64,000 bases of DNA, taken from Octopus sinensis (taxonomy: Eukaryota). Position numbers and translations under genes: made by a program. The stretch lies in the NCBI RefSeq assembly GCF_006345805.1, contig NC_042998.1, positions 147,684,001-147,748,000 of the forward strand, read 5' to 3'. Below are positions 50,770-64,000 of the stretch, one piece after another (the stretch's first letter is position 1; the number at the start of each line of letters is the position of its first letter). The notes beneath the pieces were generated by a model. The model searched no databases, had not been told where the DNA came from, and was given only the letters and a program-made list of their open reading frames with translations.

Positions 50770-51137
50770 CATTATTATTATTTACTGATTGATTTGCATT
50801 TTATTTCATCTTCCGGCTTGGTCAAAACCAGAGACCTAAGGCACTTATATTATTTGATAGAGAGAATCTTCCTTAGAAGGTGTGAGGTTGATGTCAACAC
50901 AATCTTTTTAATCATGTAGATTGTTTGTTTCCAAGAGAGCTCTTCAAAAATTTTGTTGATACTTTTCTTGATTATTCCCAGTGCACCCACAACAACAGGG
51001 ATGGTTTTGGTTTTTAACTGCCTTGTCCTAGATATCTGAACTTCAATGTTCTTGTATTTTGATAGTTTTTCAAATTCTTTTGTTGAGATATTTCTATCAG
51101 TGGGCAATGTTGGAGATAATGTCTGACCTGTTATCAT
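50720..51137 (-). mobile_element. R4/Dong-like LINE 3' fragment (restriction-like endonuclease end) with (TAA)n tail
   Basis: EFEKLSKYKNIEVQI...TIPVVVGALG...SHLLRKILS; (TTA)n at 50720-50780. Confidence 0.8.
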
Positions 51138-51198
51138 TTATTTGCCTGTCTATATGTATGTATCCCATAATCCCATAGAATGGTGATCATTATTATTT

Positions 51199-51411
51199 AA
51201 GTGGCGAGCTGACAAAATCATTAGCACTCTGGGTGAAATGCTTTGCAGTATTTTGTTTGTCTTTACATTCTTGGTTCAAATCCCACCAAGGTCGACTTTA
51301 CCTTTCATTGTTTCAGGGTTGATAAATTAAGTACCAGTGAAACGCTAGGATTGATGTAATCAACTAGTCACCTCCCACAAAATTTCAGGCTTTGTACCTT
51401 TAATAGAAAGG

Positions 51412-51412
<1 letters not shown>
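51199..51412 (+). mobile_element. SINE family C
   Basis: GGTTCAAATCC B-box; AGGTCGACTTTACCTTTCAT...GATAAATTAAGTACCAG. Confidence 0.8.
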
Positions 51413-51445
<33 letters not shown>

Positions 51446-51449
51446 TATT

Positions 51450-51515
<66 letters not shown>

Positions 51516-51990
51516 TTATGCCTGACTTTTGCTTTGAATTTGTACAAATTAACTCCAAGTCTCACCCAGAGACCTCAAGAGACAACAAGTTAGAAGTTCA
51601 AGTTGGTATTATGTCTAGAGTGTCATGTATTTGGTTTTTGCACATAGTATTGATGTAGAGAATATTTAAGAAAACGTAAGAAAATTATAAGTTTGTTTTA
51701 CAATTTGAGATTACATAGACAGTATTTTATATAGGATATGAGCAGTTCCCATGTGCACTATCTTTTAAATTTCTGCCATTTTGGGGTTTCCTGGTATCTG
51801 AGCTAGGTAGGAATTAGCCCCCTTTACTATCATTCCTAGGGAACCTATGACAACAGGTATCATTTTAGTTTCGAGGTTCCATATTTTGTCAATTTCTATT
51901 TCAAAATCTTTATACTTGCTCAGTTTTTAGTAGGTCTTGACAGATATATTTATATCGATTGGGATGGTCATATCAATGAGGAGGCCTATG
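51413..51990 (-). mobile_element. R4/Dong-like LINE 3' fragment with (TAA)n tail
   Basis: LLIDMTIP.D.NI...KLSKYKDFEIEI...MIPVVIGSLG...GTAHILYKILSM*; stop at 51711-51713. Confidence 0.8.
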
Positions 51991-52208
51991 GTTTGCAGAT
52001 GTGCCAGGAACTTAGGACCAATATCCAATGTGTTCTTTTCTAAGAGTGTAAAGTGTGTTTTCAGTGAGCTTTGGCTACTATTTTTAGCAGGTCAAGTAAT
52101 CATGTAGAAGGTCCCTTGTTAATTCAGGGTGCACAAAGTAGCAGTGGTAGTAATAGTAGTAGTAGCAGCAGCAGCAGTGGCAGTAGTGGTGGTGGTGGTG
52201 GTGGTATT

Positions 52209-52242
<34 letters not shown>

Positions 52243-52266
52243 TATCATTATTATTATTATTATTAT

Positions 52267-52298
<32 letters not shown>

Positions 52299-52469
52299 AT
52301 AGTAGTAGTAGTAGTAGGAGTAGGAGTAGGAGTAGCAGCAGCAGCAGCAGCAGCAGCAGCCATAGAGTATTGATAAATTTATGACATCTCACTTCGAAGG
52401 CTCCGTCCATGCAATTCAAGAACAAGAGATCGCCACAAAGTACCTACAGGTACCTAAAAGGTAGAAAAG

Positions 52470-53810
52470 TCTAACAGAAGAAGTTGACTATATTGAATGT
52501 TGGTGGAATTATTCTCTTTATGGCTTGCATCTTTTGTGCCAAGCAGCTATGCATTATCTTCTCAAGTGAACTAGTCCATTCTTTTTAATTTTATTTTTTT
52601 GATAAATAGAATTTACCAATGCTCGAAAGGAAAGAGTTGCATCACTTCTTATTTTATGCCTCTCCTCAAATTCATTAAATATCCTAATTATGTTGTTGAT
52701 TTCATGGTCACAAACCTAGGTAAGATAGTTACTGGTCTCTTTCCTCTGCTGCCGATGTTGCTTCAGTGTCACAATACATGTTTCATATGACATCAATACA
52801 GATTTGAGACCACAATCCTTGCAGGGGATATATAGTGTGTCTATTTGCAGTCCCTTGATAACCCACCCATGACATATATTATCAAAAGCTTTTTAGTAAT
52901 CCAACCATATCATAGCCAAGTTTCTGTGGATTCTTGTTTCATTATGTTAGTACGTGCTCAAAACCCTCCAACAACTTCCTTCTTTCCCCCAGCTTGTTCA
53001 AGTTATAATATTGTTGGTAGTACAATGGTCTCGTAGAAACAAGTTGAGACAGCCAATGTACATCTTATACATGATGTTTTGACAGACTGTTACAGGATGG
53101 GAATTTTTAGTTTCAGTGGTTTGGCTATTTTATGGAATAAGAAGGGTAATGGCTGTTGACAGCCATAAGGGTACATTAAATGTGCCCTTCTCAAACAATC
53201 TTAATAAATGTCACTGATAGATGTTGAGATTTTTAACCACTATCCAATAGTAAGATGTGGGCATAAGGATTTCCTGGCTGGTATTTTCTCTTTCTTTTTT
53301 TTTCAGGACTGTTTCAAGCACTGCAGCATCAGTTTCATAGAGTTTTTGTGTAACATGCTTGCAGTATTCATGTTCTAATTCATCCATCCAGACAACATTT
53401 TCTTTGAATCTTGCATTCTTTTCCCAAATTCATCTCCAGTAACTTTCCATTTGTTCTGTTGATGGGATGGTTTTTACTGATATTGTGTTATTTTTTTTTG
53501 AAGCTGCAGAAGACTGATTTGGGATCTTTAGCAAACAATCTATTCAGTGTTTTCTGTTTATACAGCTTTATATTCTAGTTTCTCAGCTGTTGCTGGTGGT
53601 TTTTGTTTCAGCTGATGAGTTTAAGGTTTTAGTATTTGATTCCTCATACTGCTTCCCTTGTTTATCTTTTAATCATTTTTAACTTCTTGTGAATTTATTG
53701 ATAGTGTTGCACTACATAACTATGATAAGCTATAAGATAGTTCTTTGAAGAAACAGAATTTATTTTTCAAGTTGTGAAACAGTCCTGGCTCCAAATGTTT
53801 ACCTCTGTCT
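52470..53810 (-). pseudogene. R4/Dong-like reverse transcriptase remnant
   Basis: Manual translation: YWR.IWE...PLWLSTAITLLIP...IMYK...NNII..., followed by a DY.KAFDNI.HGW-like motif; many stops. Confidence 0.7.
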
Positions 53811-54625
53811 TTATCAAGCGACCCAGCTAAATATGTATGTATGTGTGTGTGTATGTATGTATATATGTATGCACAAAATTATGTATGAATGCACATATTG
53901 TGCACAATAAATTATAAGATATCTTGTGATGATGTGATGATATCATAAACACACACACACACACACACACACATTATATATATATATATATAGTATATAT
54001 TATATATATTATATATATATATACATATATATATACACACACACACTATATGTGTGTGTGGATGTATGAGTGTGCATATGCATGAGTGTGTGCATGCATG
54101 TGAGTATGTATGTGTATGTTTCTGTGTGTACATGTGTGTGTCTGTAATATTTTAGAAGATTTGATATCTTGTAATGATGATTTTATCTTTTATTTGGCTT
54201 ATTTTCAATATTTTCAAGGTCTTTTTTATGTCTTTTACATAATATTTACTCCCATACTCTCTCTCCCTCTTTCTCTCCCCCCTTTCCCTCCCCCTCTCTC
54301 TCCATCTTCACCTTTCTCTTTTGCTACAGGCCTTTTCTCTTGTTACTTTATATTATGAGAGAAGATACATTCTGAAGTTTATGTCTGATGCAATTCTGAT
54401 CTGTAGTTCTTGTAACATAGTATGTAGCATAGGAAACATGTTTGGATTGTTAGAAAAGTTTTGGCAAAAAACTGATTGTATTAACCAAAATTTAACAAAT
54501 ATAATATATCGTCATCATCATCATCATCAGTTTAACATCCACTTTCCCATGCTAACATGGATCAAAAACATACATACATACATCTGTGTATGTGTGTGTG
54601 GTGTGTGTGTGTGTGTGTTTGTTTG

Positions 54626-54670
<45 letters not shown>

Positions 54671-54689
54671 TGTGTTTGTGTGTGTGTGT

Positions 54690-54898
54690 CTTCTATGGTT
54701 TGAAGCCCTTCCTGTCACAGACCCTTACCTATTTCTAAGCAAGGTAATATTTCCACATGGCTGGACATGTTTCATGGAAGCCTGAAAATGATGAAGGAAC
54801 AGCTTATACGATGGTGATACTCCTTTCACAACTATCATAGTGTCAAGCAGGAGAGACAAACACACACACACACGGTGTGTATATAAATATATATATAT

Positions 54899-54985
<87 letters not shown>

Positions 54986-55090
54986 TTCACATACACTCAT
55001 ATATACATATATGCATATATTACTAACATACATACAATGGCTTTTTTCAGTCTCCATCAACCAAATTCTCTCAAATTCTGCACATGATAG
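54690..55090 (-). mobile_element. SINE family A variant with an internal (TA)n expansion
   Basis: CAAGGTAATATTTCC tail and GGCTTTTTTCAGTCTCCATC body segments. Confidence 0.55.
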
Positions 55091-55177
55091 GTAAGTTTAA
55101 ATTTTTGCCACCATGGATAATATCAGGAATATATATATATATACACACACGTGCACCTGCACATATACATACATATT

Positions 55178-55229
<52 letters not shown>

Positions 55230-55235
55230 TGCACA

Positions 55236-56460
55236 CAAGGTTTGGCTAAAAAGCTCTTAGGCTCACCAAGATACTCTCATGGAATGAGACCAAACGAGGT
55301 TTATGTTTCAACATAGTCCCCCTTGCAAGTGTTGCTGTGCTTGGATCCCATTGGTGAAGAAGCTTTTGACATGTTGCTGAAAAAAGTCAACAACAGATAC
55401 AACATCTTTGTTACTGCAATACTGGTTCTCAGCCAAATGTTTTTTCATGTTGTTGAACAGATGATAGTTAGACGGGGCCAAATCAGGAGAATAGGGTAGC
55501 TGATCAACTCAAAGTCACAGTCATGTACAGCAGCCATTGAAACCAACAAGTTGTGTGCTGGAACACTGTCCTGATCAAACAAGACCCCTCCCATCAGTTT
55601 TCCTTGGCGTTTGGTCTTGATAGCCTTTTATTACTGCCTCAGCAAGTTGGCATAATACTTGCCATTGATTGTGAGGCCCTTGTAAAGATAGCCAATAAAC
55701 ACAAAAAACTGAAGCCATCACTTTCCCTGCAGAATGGAACAACATTGGCCTTCTTTGGAGCAGGTGAGGAAGAATATTTCCGCTGCATGGACTGTCTCTT
55801 TGTATCTGGCTCAAATTGATGAATACAACACTCATCCTGGCTTAGGAAATGTTGAAGGAAACCAGCTGGATCTGACTCAAACAAGGTCAGATTTTGCTAT
55901 GATGTGATTCAGCCTAGTGCACTTTTAATCAAGTGTCAGAAAATATGGCACCCATCTACCAGAAACCTTTGTCAAGTTCACTGTGCAAAATATTCTTAAC
56001 TCTCACAAGGGATATGCTAACAGCATTGGCTATTTGATCTATAGTCAATCACCTGTCATCTATCACCATGTGGTGAATACAATCAATGTTTTCTTCAGTT
56101 GCGGCAGTTGAATGACATGCAGGTCCTTTCAAGACTCTCCCTTCCCCTCCGAAATTCAGCTGCCCATTTTTGCATTGCAGATAAAGCTGAAGCATCGACT
56201 ATGTCAGCATGAATATCTTTGGGGCCTAAACTATTTTTCTGAAGGTACTTGATAACACCACAATACTATATTTTGTCCATTTTTAGAGAAATTACTACAA
56301 GTTACTTCTGATATTTTCTTTGAACAGACAGACATCAGTTTATCTTGAAAGTAACAATGTAGTTATTAATGACAAAAGTTCAAATTAATGTAAGCAAGAT
56401 TTCACAACTCTAGCATCACTCCCTCATAGTCAGTCTATAAACTTTTACATCCACTCTCAA
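55236..56460 (-). mobile_element. Decayed mariner (DD34D-type) transposon
   Basis: QDE..IHQFEPDTKRQSMQ..SSSPAPKKA, SAGKVMASVF and PYSPDLAPS; degenerate TIR-like ends. Confidence 0.85.
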
Positions 56461-56670
56461 ACAATAATCAGTGCAAGTGACTAAGTAACTCAAAGACTGA
56501 GAGTTATGTGTATTGGCACTTATCATGATGACAATATGTATATATAAACATGTATGTGTGTGTATTTATGTGAGTGTGTATGTGTATGCCTGATGTATGC
56601 CTGAGTGTGTATATGTGTATATGCATGTATGTTGTTGTGTGTGTTTATATTTATAAAAATATATATAGAT

Positions 56671-57083
56671 AGGCGCAGGAGTGGCTGTTTGGTAAGTAGC
56701 TTGCTTACCAACCACATGGTTCTGGGTTCAGTCCCACTGTGTAGCAACATAGGCAAGTGCCTTCTTCTATAGCCTCGGGCCAACCAAAGCCTGGTGAGCG
56801 GATTTGGTAGACGGAAACTGAAAGAAGGCCATCGTATATATATCTGTATATGTGTGTGTGTGTGTATGAGTGTGTGTTTGTGTGTCTTTGTTTGTACCCC
56901 CACCATCACTTGACAACCAATAGTGGTGTGTTTGCATCCCTGTAACTTAGCAGTTCAGCAAGAGACTGATAGAATAAGCACTAGGCTGACAAAGAAAAAG
57001 TCCTGGTGTTGATTTGTTTGATTAAAGGCAGTGCTCCACCATGGTCGCAGTCAAATGACTGAAACAAATAAAAGAACAAAAGA
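56671..57083 (+). mobile_element. SINE family A, full length
   Basis: AGGCGCAGGAGTGGCTGTTTGGTAAGTAGC...GGGTTCAGTCCC...GCAGTCAAATGACTGAAACAAATAAAAG. Confidence 0.9.
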
Positions 57084-57379
57084 CTATATATATATATATA
57101 TATACATACATATTCTGTGGTTTGCAGTAATAGCATGCTGTGTGGCACCATTAAATTGCGAGGGAATGTTGCTGTTGGAATGTTCCAAAATTGTTGTGAT
57201 CTGCAGTAAACAGAAAATAAAGGGAATATCCTGCAGTGCAAGTGTATCCAGAATATTACATATATGTATATATATATATATATATACAAACATACATACA
57301 TATGAACATTATTTTAAGTATTTATAAATATTATACCTGTATTCTTGCATGATGCATATATCTACCCCACACCCAACAC

Positions 57380-57390
57380 ACATGTACATT

Positions 57391-57423
<33 letters not shown>

Positions 57424-57505
57424 TATATATATAATATATATATATATATATTATATATATATTGTATATATATGTATATATATATATATATATGTTATAT
57501 ATATG

Positions 57506-57556
<51 letters not shown>

Positions 57557-57575
57557 GTATATATATAGTATATAT

Positions 57576-57643
<68 letters not shown>

Positions 57644-57705
57644 ATATATATGTATATATATATATATAATATGTATTATATATATATATATGTGTATATA
57701 TATAT

Positions 57706-57784
<79 letters not shown>

Positions 57785-57790
57785 CACACA
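57380..57790. repeat. ~400-bp interrupted (TA)n tract
   Basis: Direct reading. Confidence 0.95.
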
Positions 57791-58569
57791 CCCCCTACAT
57801 ACATAACACATGTAAAATCTAGAAATTACATCATAGATTGAATTTTCATTCTAAGCCCCATAATTCTCTGATCTTTCTACCAGAACCAAATTTCAATTCT
57901 TCATGTAATATGACATTTTTATTTCCAGGATTCAATGTTGCATTACATTGACATCACAGTGATTAAGTTGTGTTGTTGTGGTCTTTCTTGCTATTGTTGT
58001 TGCTGCTACTGTTGTTTTCTTGTTTACATTGTTGTTGTTGCTTTACATGAATGAGACAACTACACAACTTTTCTCCCTCTTCCTCTCTCTCTTTTTTCTT
58101 TCTTTCACTTTCTCTTGCACACACACACATATACACATATGCACATACAGATATACACATCCTCATAAAGACACACATACAAATGTATACGTATATGCAT
58201 ATGCATATACACACGCTCACATGTACATATGCAAAATATGAAAATATATGTGTATGTGTGTGTGTGAGTATATATATATCATCATCATCATCATCATCAT
58301 CATCATTTAACGTCCGCTTTCCATGCTAGCATGGGTTGGACGGTTCAACTGGGGTCTGGGGAGCCCGAAAGCTGCACCAGGCCAGTCAGATCTGGCAGTG
58401 TTTCTACAGCTGGATGCCCTTCCTAACGCCAACCACTCCGAGAGTGTAGTGGGTGATTTTGTGCCACCGACACAGGTGCCAGACGAGGCTGGCAAACGGC
58501 CACGCTCGGATGGTGTTTTTTTATGTGCCACCGACACAGGTGCCAGACGAGGCTGGCAGACGGCTATGC

Positions 58570-60875
58570 TCGGATGGTGTTTTTATGTGCCACCGACACA
58601 GGTGCCAGATGAGGCTGGCAAACGGCCACGATTGGATGGTGTTTGTTACGTGCCCACAGCACGGAGGCCAGTCGATGCGGTACTGGCTACGGTCACGTTC
58701 GGATGGTTTTCTTGTGTGCCACGTGCCACCGGCACTGCTACCACAAAGATACAAATTCCATTGATGTTCATCTATTTTGATTTGTTTTGATTTTCACTTG
58801 CCTCAACAGGTCTTCACAAGTGTCACAAGAAGGAAGGTATGCACAGGTGGACTGACTTACGTCCCAGGTAGGGCCCACAGGTTATGGCCTGACTAGTCTT
58901 GCCGGGTCTTCGGATGGTGTTTTTATGTGCCACCGACACAGGTGCCAGATGAGGCTGGCGAACGGCCACGATCGGATGGTGTTTGTTACGTGCCCACAGC
59001 ACGGAGCCAGTCGGTGCGGTACTGGCTACGGCCACGTTCGGATGGTTTTCTTGTGTGCCACCGGCACTGGTACCACAAAGATACAATTCCATTAATGTTC
59101 ATCTATTTTGATTTGTTTTGATTTGATTTGATTTGATTTGTTTTGATTTCATTTTGATTTTCACTTGCCTCAACAGGCCTTCACAAGTATCACAAGGAGG
59201 AAGGTATGCACAGGTGGACTGACTACGTCCCAGGTAGGGGCCATGGGATGGCCTGACTAGTCTTGCCGGGTCTTCGGATGGTGTTTTTATGTGCCACCGA
59301 CACAGGTGCTAGATGAGGCTGGCGAACGGCCACGATCGGATGGTGTTTGTTATGTGCCCACAGCACGATGGCCAGTCGATGCGGTACTGACTACAGCCAA
59401 GTTCGGATGGATTTCTTGTGTGCCACAGGCACTGGTACCACAAAGATACAAATTCCATTGATGTTCATCTATTTTGATTTGATTTGATTTTCACTTGCCT
59501 CAACAGGTCTTCACAAGTGTCACAAGAAGGAAGGTATGCACAGGTGGACTGACTAGTCTTGCCGGGTCTTCGGAAGGTGTTTTTATGTGCCACCGACACA
59601 GGTGCCAGATGAGGCTGGCGAACGGCCATGATCGGATGGTGTTGTTACGTGCCCACAGCACGGAGGCCGGTCGATGCGGAACTGGCTACGGCCACGTTCG
59701 GATGGTTCTCTTGTGTGCCACCGGCACTGGTACCACAAAGTGTGTGCCACCGGCACTGGTACCACAAAGATACAGATTCCATTGATGTTCTTCTATTTTG
59801 ATTTGTTTTGATTTTGATTTTCACTTGCCTCAACAGGTCTTCACAAGTGTCACAAGAAGGAAGGTATGCACATGTGGACTGACTACGTCCCAGGTAGGGG
59901 CCATGGGTTATGGCCTGACTAGTCTTGCCGGGTCTTCGGATGGTGTTTTTATGTGCCACCGACACAGGCCAGATGAGGCTGGCGAACGGCCACGATCGGA
60001 TGGTGTTTGTCATGTGCCCACAGCACGGAGGCCAGTCGATGCGGTACTGGCTACGGCCACTTTCGGATGGTTTTCTCTGTGTGCCACTGGCACTGGTACA
60101 CCAAAGATACAAATTCCATTGATGTCATCTATTTTGATTGTTTTGATTTGATTTTGATTTTCACTTGCCTCAACAGGCCTTCACAAGTATCACATGAGGA
60201 AGGTATGCACAGGTGGACTGACTACGTCCCAGGTAGGGGCCATGGGTTATGGCCTGACTAGTCTTGCCGGATCTTCGGATGGTGTTTTTATGTGCCACCG
60301 ACACAGGTGCTAGATGAGGCTGGCGAACGGCCACGATCGGATGGTGTTTGTGATGTGCCCACAGCACGATGGCCAGTGATGCGGTACTGACTACGGCCAC
60401 GTTCGGATGGATTCTTGTGTGCCACCGGCACTGGTACCACAAAGATACAAATTCCATTGATGTTCATCTATTTTGATTTGTTTTGATTTTCACTTGCCTC
60501 AACAGGTCTTCACAAGTGTCACAAGAAGGAAGGTATGTACAGGTGGACTGACTACGTCCCAGGTAGGGGCACGGGTTATGACCTGACTAGTCTTGCCGGG
60601 TCTTCGGATGGTGTTTTTATGTGCCACCATGTTCCACAGCACGGAGGCCAGTCGATGCGGTACTGGCTACGGCCACGTTCGTATGTATTTCTTGTGTGCC
60701 ACAGGCACTGGTACCACAAAGATACAAATTCCATTGATGTTCATCTATTTTGATTGATTTTCACTTGCCTCAGCAGGTCTTCACAAGTGTCACAAGAAGG
60801 AAGGTATGCACAGGTGGATCGACTACGTCCCAGGTAGGGGCCACGGGATATGGCCTGACTAGTCCTGCCGGGTCC
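58570..60875 (-). repeat. Seven tandem ~270-370-bp copies of the RTE 3'UTR segment
   Basis: Marker TCACTTGCCTCA.CAGG at ~58794, 59161, 59491, 59821, 60161, 60490 and 60761. Confidence 0.9.
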
Positions 60876-62335
60876 TCTCATGCACAGCACACTTCCATAG
60901 GACTCGGTCTTCAGTCATTTCCTTGGTGAGACCTAAAGTTTGAAGGTCGTGCTTCACCACCTCGTCCCAGGTTTTCCTGGGTCTACCTCTTCCACAGGTT
61001 CCCTCAACTGCTAGGGTGTAGCACTTTTGCACACAACTATCTTCAGCCATTCTCGTCACATGACCATACCAGCGCAGCCGTCTCTCTTGCACACCACAAC
61101 TGACACTTCTTAGGTTCAACTTTTCTCTCAAAATACTTACACTCTGACGATTATGAACACTGACATTACACATCCATCGGAGCATACTGGCTTAATTTCT
61201 TGCAAGCTTACGCATATCCTCAGCAGTCACGGCCCATGTTTCACTACCATGTAGCATGGCTGTACGTACACACGCATCACATAGTCTGCCTTTTACTCTT
61301 AGCGAGAGGCCTTTTGTCACCAGCAGGGGTAAGAGCTCTCTAAACTTTGCCCAGGCTATTCTTACTCTAGCAGTTACACTTTCAGCACACCCACCCCCGC
61401 TACTGACTTGGTCTCCTAGGTAGTGGAAGCTATCAACTACTTCTAGTTTGTCTCCCTGGAACGTGGTAGAAGTTGGTCTCTGCACATTTCCAGTGTTTAT
61501 TGCTCCTGAGCATCTGCCACAGACAAAAACTATTTTCTTAGTTAGCCTTCCTTTGACATTGCTGCACCTCTTATGTGTCCATAGCTTACACTTGGTGCAC
61601 CTTATAGAGTTTCTACCTACACCTTTTTTTACAGATCGAGCAGGGCTATCTACCTGAAGTCGTTTGTGATTGGTCCACCTTCCTACTTATTAGGACTTTG
61701 GTTTTGGCTAGGTTGATTCTAAGGCCCTTCGATTCTAATCCTTGTTTCCACACCTGAAACTTCTCTCTCCAGTTCTGATAGTGACTCAGCAATTAGAGCA
61801 AGGTCATCAGCATAGAGGAGCTCCCAGGGGCATCCTGTCTTGAATTCCTCCGTTATTGCCTGGAGGACTATGATAAATAGGAGGGGACTGAGGACTGAAC
61901 CTTGGTGGACCCCAACCTCTACCCGGAATTCTTCACTGTACTCGTTGCCAACCCTCACCTTACTAGCAGCGTCTCTGTACATGGCTCGCACAGCTCTCAC
62001 TAACCATTCATCTATCCCTAGTTTCCTCATTGACCACCAGATAAGGGATCGGGGGACCCTGTCAAATGCTTTCTCCAAGTCAACAAAAGCCAAATACAAG
62101 GGCTTATCTTTGGCTAGGTATTTCTCCTGCAGCTGTCTTACCAGGAATATAGCATCAGTAGTACTTTTCCCTGGCACGAACCCAAACTGCATATCATCTA
62201 AACTAACTCTCTCTCTAATTAATTGGGCTATAACCCTCTCCGTAACCTTCATTACCTGATCCAGCAGCTTGATGCCCCTGTAGTTATTTGTATCTAGGGC
62301 GTCGCCTTTACCTTTGTAGCAGTTGACTATTATGC
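60859..62335 (-). pseudogene. RTE ORF2 (RT, PHD, thumb), frameshifted
   Basis: ORF pieces 61719-62378, 61192-61485 and 60859-61185. Confidence 0.9.
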
Positions 62336-62366
<31 letters not shown>

Positions 62367-62396
62367 GCATGCATACATACATCTCTCTCCCTCTCT

Positions 62397-62430
<34 letters not shown>

Positions 62431-63005
62431 CAGTACCGTTCAAAAGTCTTTGGCCACTTTAAACTACTGTAAATTTCTACTAATTCCCAACTTATAAGTG
62501 GATGTTTTGCATTGCATTTTTTACAGACAAGACATTGGCCCTGTTGGGGTCATTTCCATACCTAATCATTATATTTTGTACTAGGGGTTCTTAATGAGAG
62601 GGGAAGATGTGAGACGACCATCAAAAATGGCCAGGCAAAAGTTTTCAGCCATCTCATATAAACCAATCAATATATAGTGTTTTAAAGCAGAAATATGTCT
62701 GTAATGAAAATTTATTACATAATGTTCATTTCAAGAAGTTACTGTACATTGTTAATATTTTGCATGACTTCCCTTAGCTTGAATAATTGCTTCAATGCAC
62801 CTGGGAAGAGATGCATGCAAATCCTTCACCATCTTCACTGGTATGAGATGCCATTCTCTGTGGCTGAGCTCCCACAACTCTTCAAGATTGCGTGGATTCT
62901 TCTGATGAACTCTTCTCTTTAGTTTTGTCCACATTTGCTTGATGATATTTAAGTCAGGGCTCTGAGCTGGCCAATATTTCAATACAGTAATATCTGTATT
63001 CAATT
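62431..63005 (-). mobile_element. Tc1 3' fragment (one TIR plus transposase C-terminus)
   Basis: TIR CAGTACCGTTCAAAAGTCTTTGGCCAC; WPAQSPDLNII..MW...RCIEAIIQAKGSHAKY. Confidence 0.85.
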
Positions 63006-63130
63006 TAAGTGACCCATTTTTGGTGGCTCTATGATTTGTTGGCTAGGAGATGTGCCGGGAATTTAAACATACAGACGCACACACACAGATACACACACAG
63101 ACACAAAAGTTGAGCTTTATATATATAGAT
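63005..63130 (+). mobile_element. Helitron-like non-autonomous 3' end
   Basis: ...GGAGATGTGCCGGGAA...ACAGACACAAAAGTTGAGCTTTATATATATAG. Confidence 0.4.
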
Positions 63131-63144
63131 ATATATATACACAC

Positions 63145-63209
<65 letters not shown>

Positions 63210-63789
63210 ATATATATATCTATGTATATATATATATATATATTATATACATATATATATATATCATCATCATCATACTTTAGCGTCCGTTTTCCATGCT
63301 AGCATGGGTTGGACGGTATTCAGCATAAGTCCTGGGATCGATTTGTTTGACTAATGGTGTTTGACTGGTGGTGCTCCAGCATGGCCGCAGTCAAATGACT
63401 GAAACAAATAAAAGAATAAATGAAGACTTTATATATGAACACACACATACATACACACATATACACATATATGTACACACACAGATATGTACATATATTT
63501 TTATATAACACATGCGTATATACTCACACACATGTGAACATGGCTACTTGTTGCATATACATCATTCATGTATTTCTGTAAACATGTTTATCCCTCACTC
63601 AATTTAATTGTAGACTACATGATATATTCCTTACCACGTCACAACATTCAATTTCCTTTGACGCTCTGATGACAAACTTTTGTCAGTTCATTACAATACT
63701 CAAAAAAGAATACAAATACACTCTGTATATACACTCATATAGTATATCATCATCATCATCACTGTTTAACGTCTACCTTCCATGCTGGT

Positions 63790-63848
63790 ATGATATATAA
63801 ATATATACATTTATATAAATATATATATAATATCTATATATATATAAT

Positions 63849-63882
<34 letters not shown>

Positions 63883-64000
63883 AGATCTATATATATATAT
63901 AAATATATATATATATAAAATATATATATATATATAAAATATATATATATATATAAATATATATATATCTATAAATATATATATATATATAAATATAATA
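63790..64000. repeat. Interrupted (TA)n tract
   Basis: Direct reading. Confidence 0.95.

Larger units (their letters stand above)
58278..62335 (-). mobile_element. 5'-truncated RTE LINE with 7x amplified 3'UTR
   Basis: RT (NYRGIKLL, FVDLEKAFDRV, GVHQGSVLSPLLF, LYADDL), PHD-type finger, thumb, repeated UTR, (GAT)n tail. Confidence 0.93.

Noticed and set aside
63655-63695. CTGATGA followed by a hairpin
   Set aside because: No downstream GAAA or stem III

Overview
AT-rich, microsatellite-saturated eukaryotic DNA, most likely intronic or intergenic sequence from an octopus/coleoid cephalopod (inferred from the SINE and RTE repeat families). I found no confidently supported host gene. Nearly all long ORFs are transposon remnants or microsatellite translations. 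The remnants include Tc1 and mariner transposons, RTE LINEs with a PHD-type Zn finger inside ORF2, R4/Dong-like and CR1/Jockey-like LINEs, an L1/Tx1-like ORF1, Penelope-like elements (PLEs), three tRNA-derived SINE families, MITEs and Helitron-like elements. The standout is a 3.6-kb head-to-tail array (17469-21084) of a ~534-bp non-coding monomer. It carries seven type I hammerhead ribozyme (HHR) cores on the minus strand, sits inside a (TA)n tract, and abuts a PLE with a GIY-YIG ORF and a 5x(CCAAT+CRE)-TATA promoter-like block. This is the architecture of a retrozyme (circular-RNA-producing, PLE-mobilised retroelement). Several more HHR motifs from other families are scattered through the window, one intact and the rest degenerate. 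One RTE copy has its 3'UTR amplified 7-fold. Ribozyme activity and expression are inferred from sequence only.
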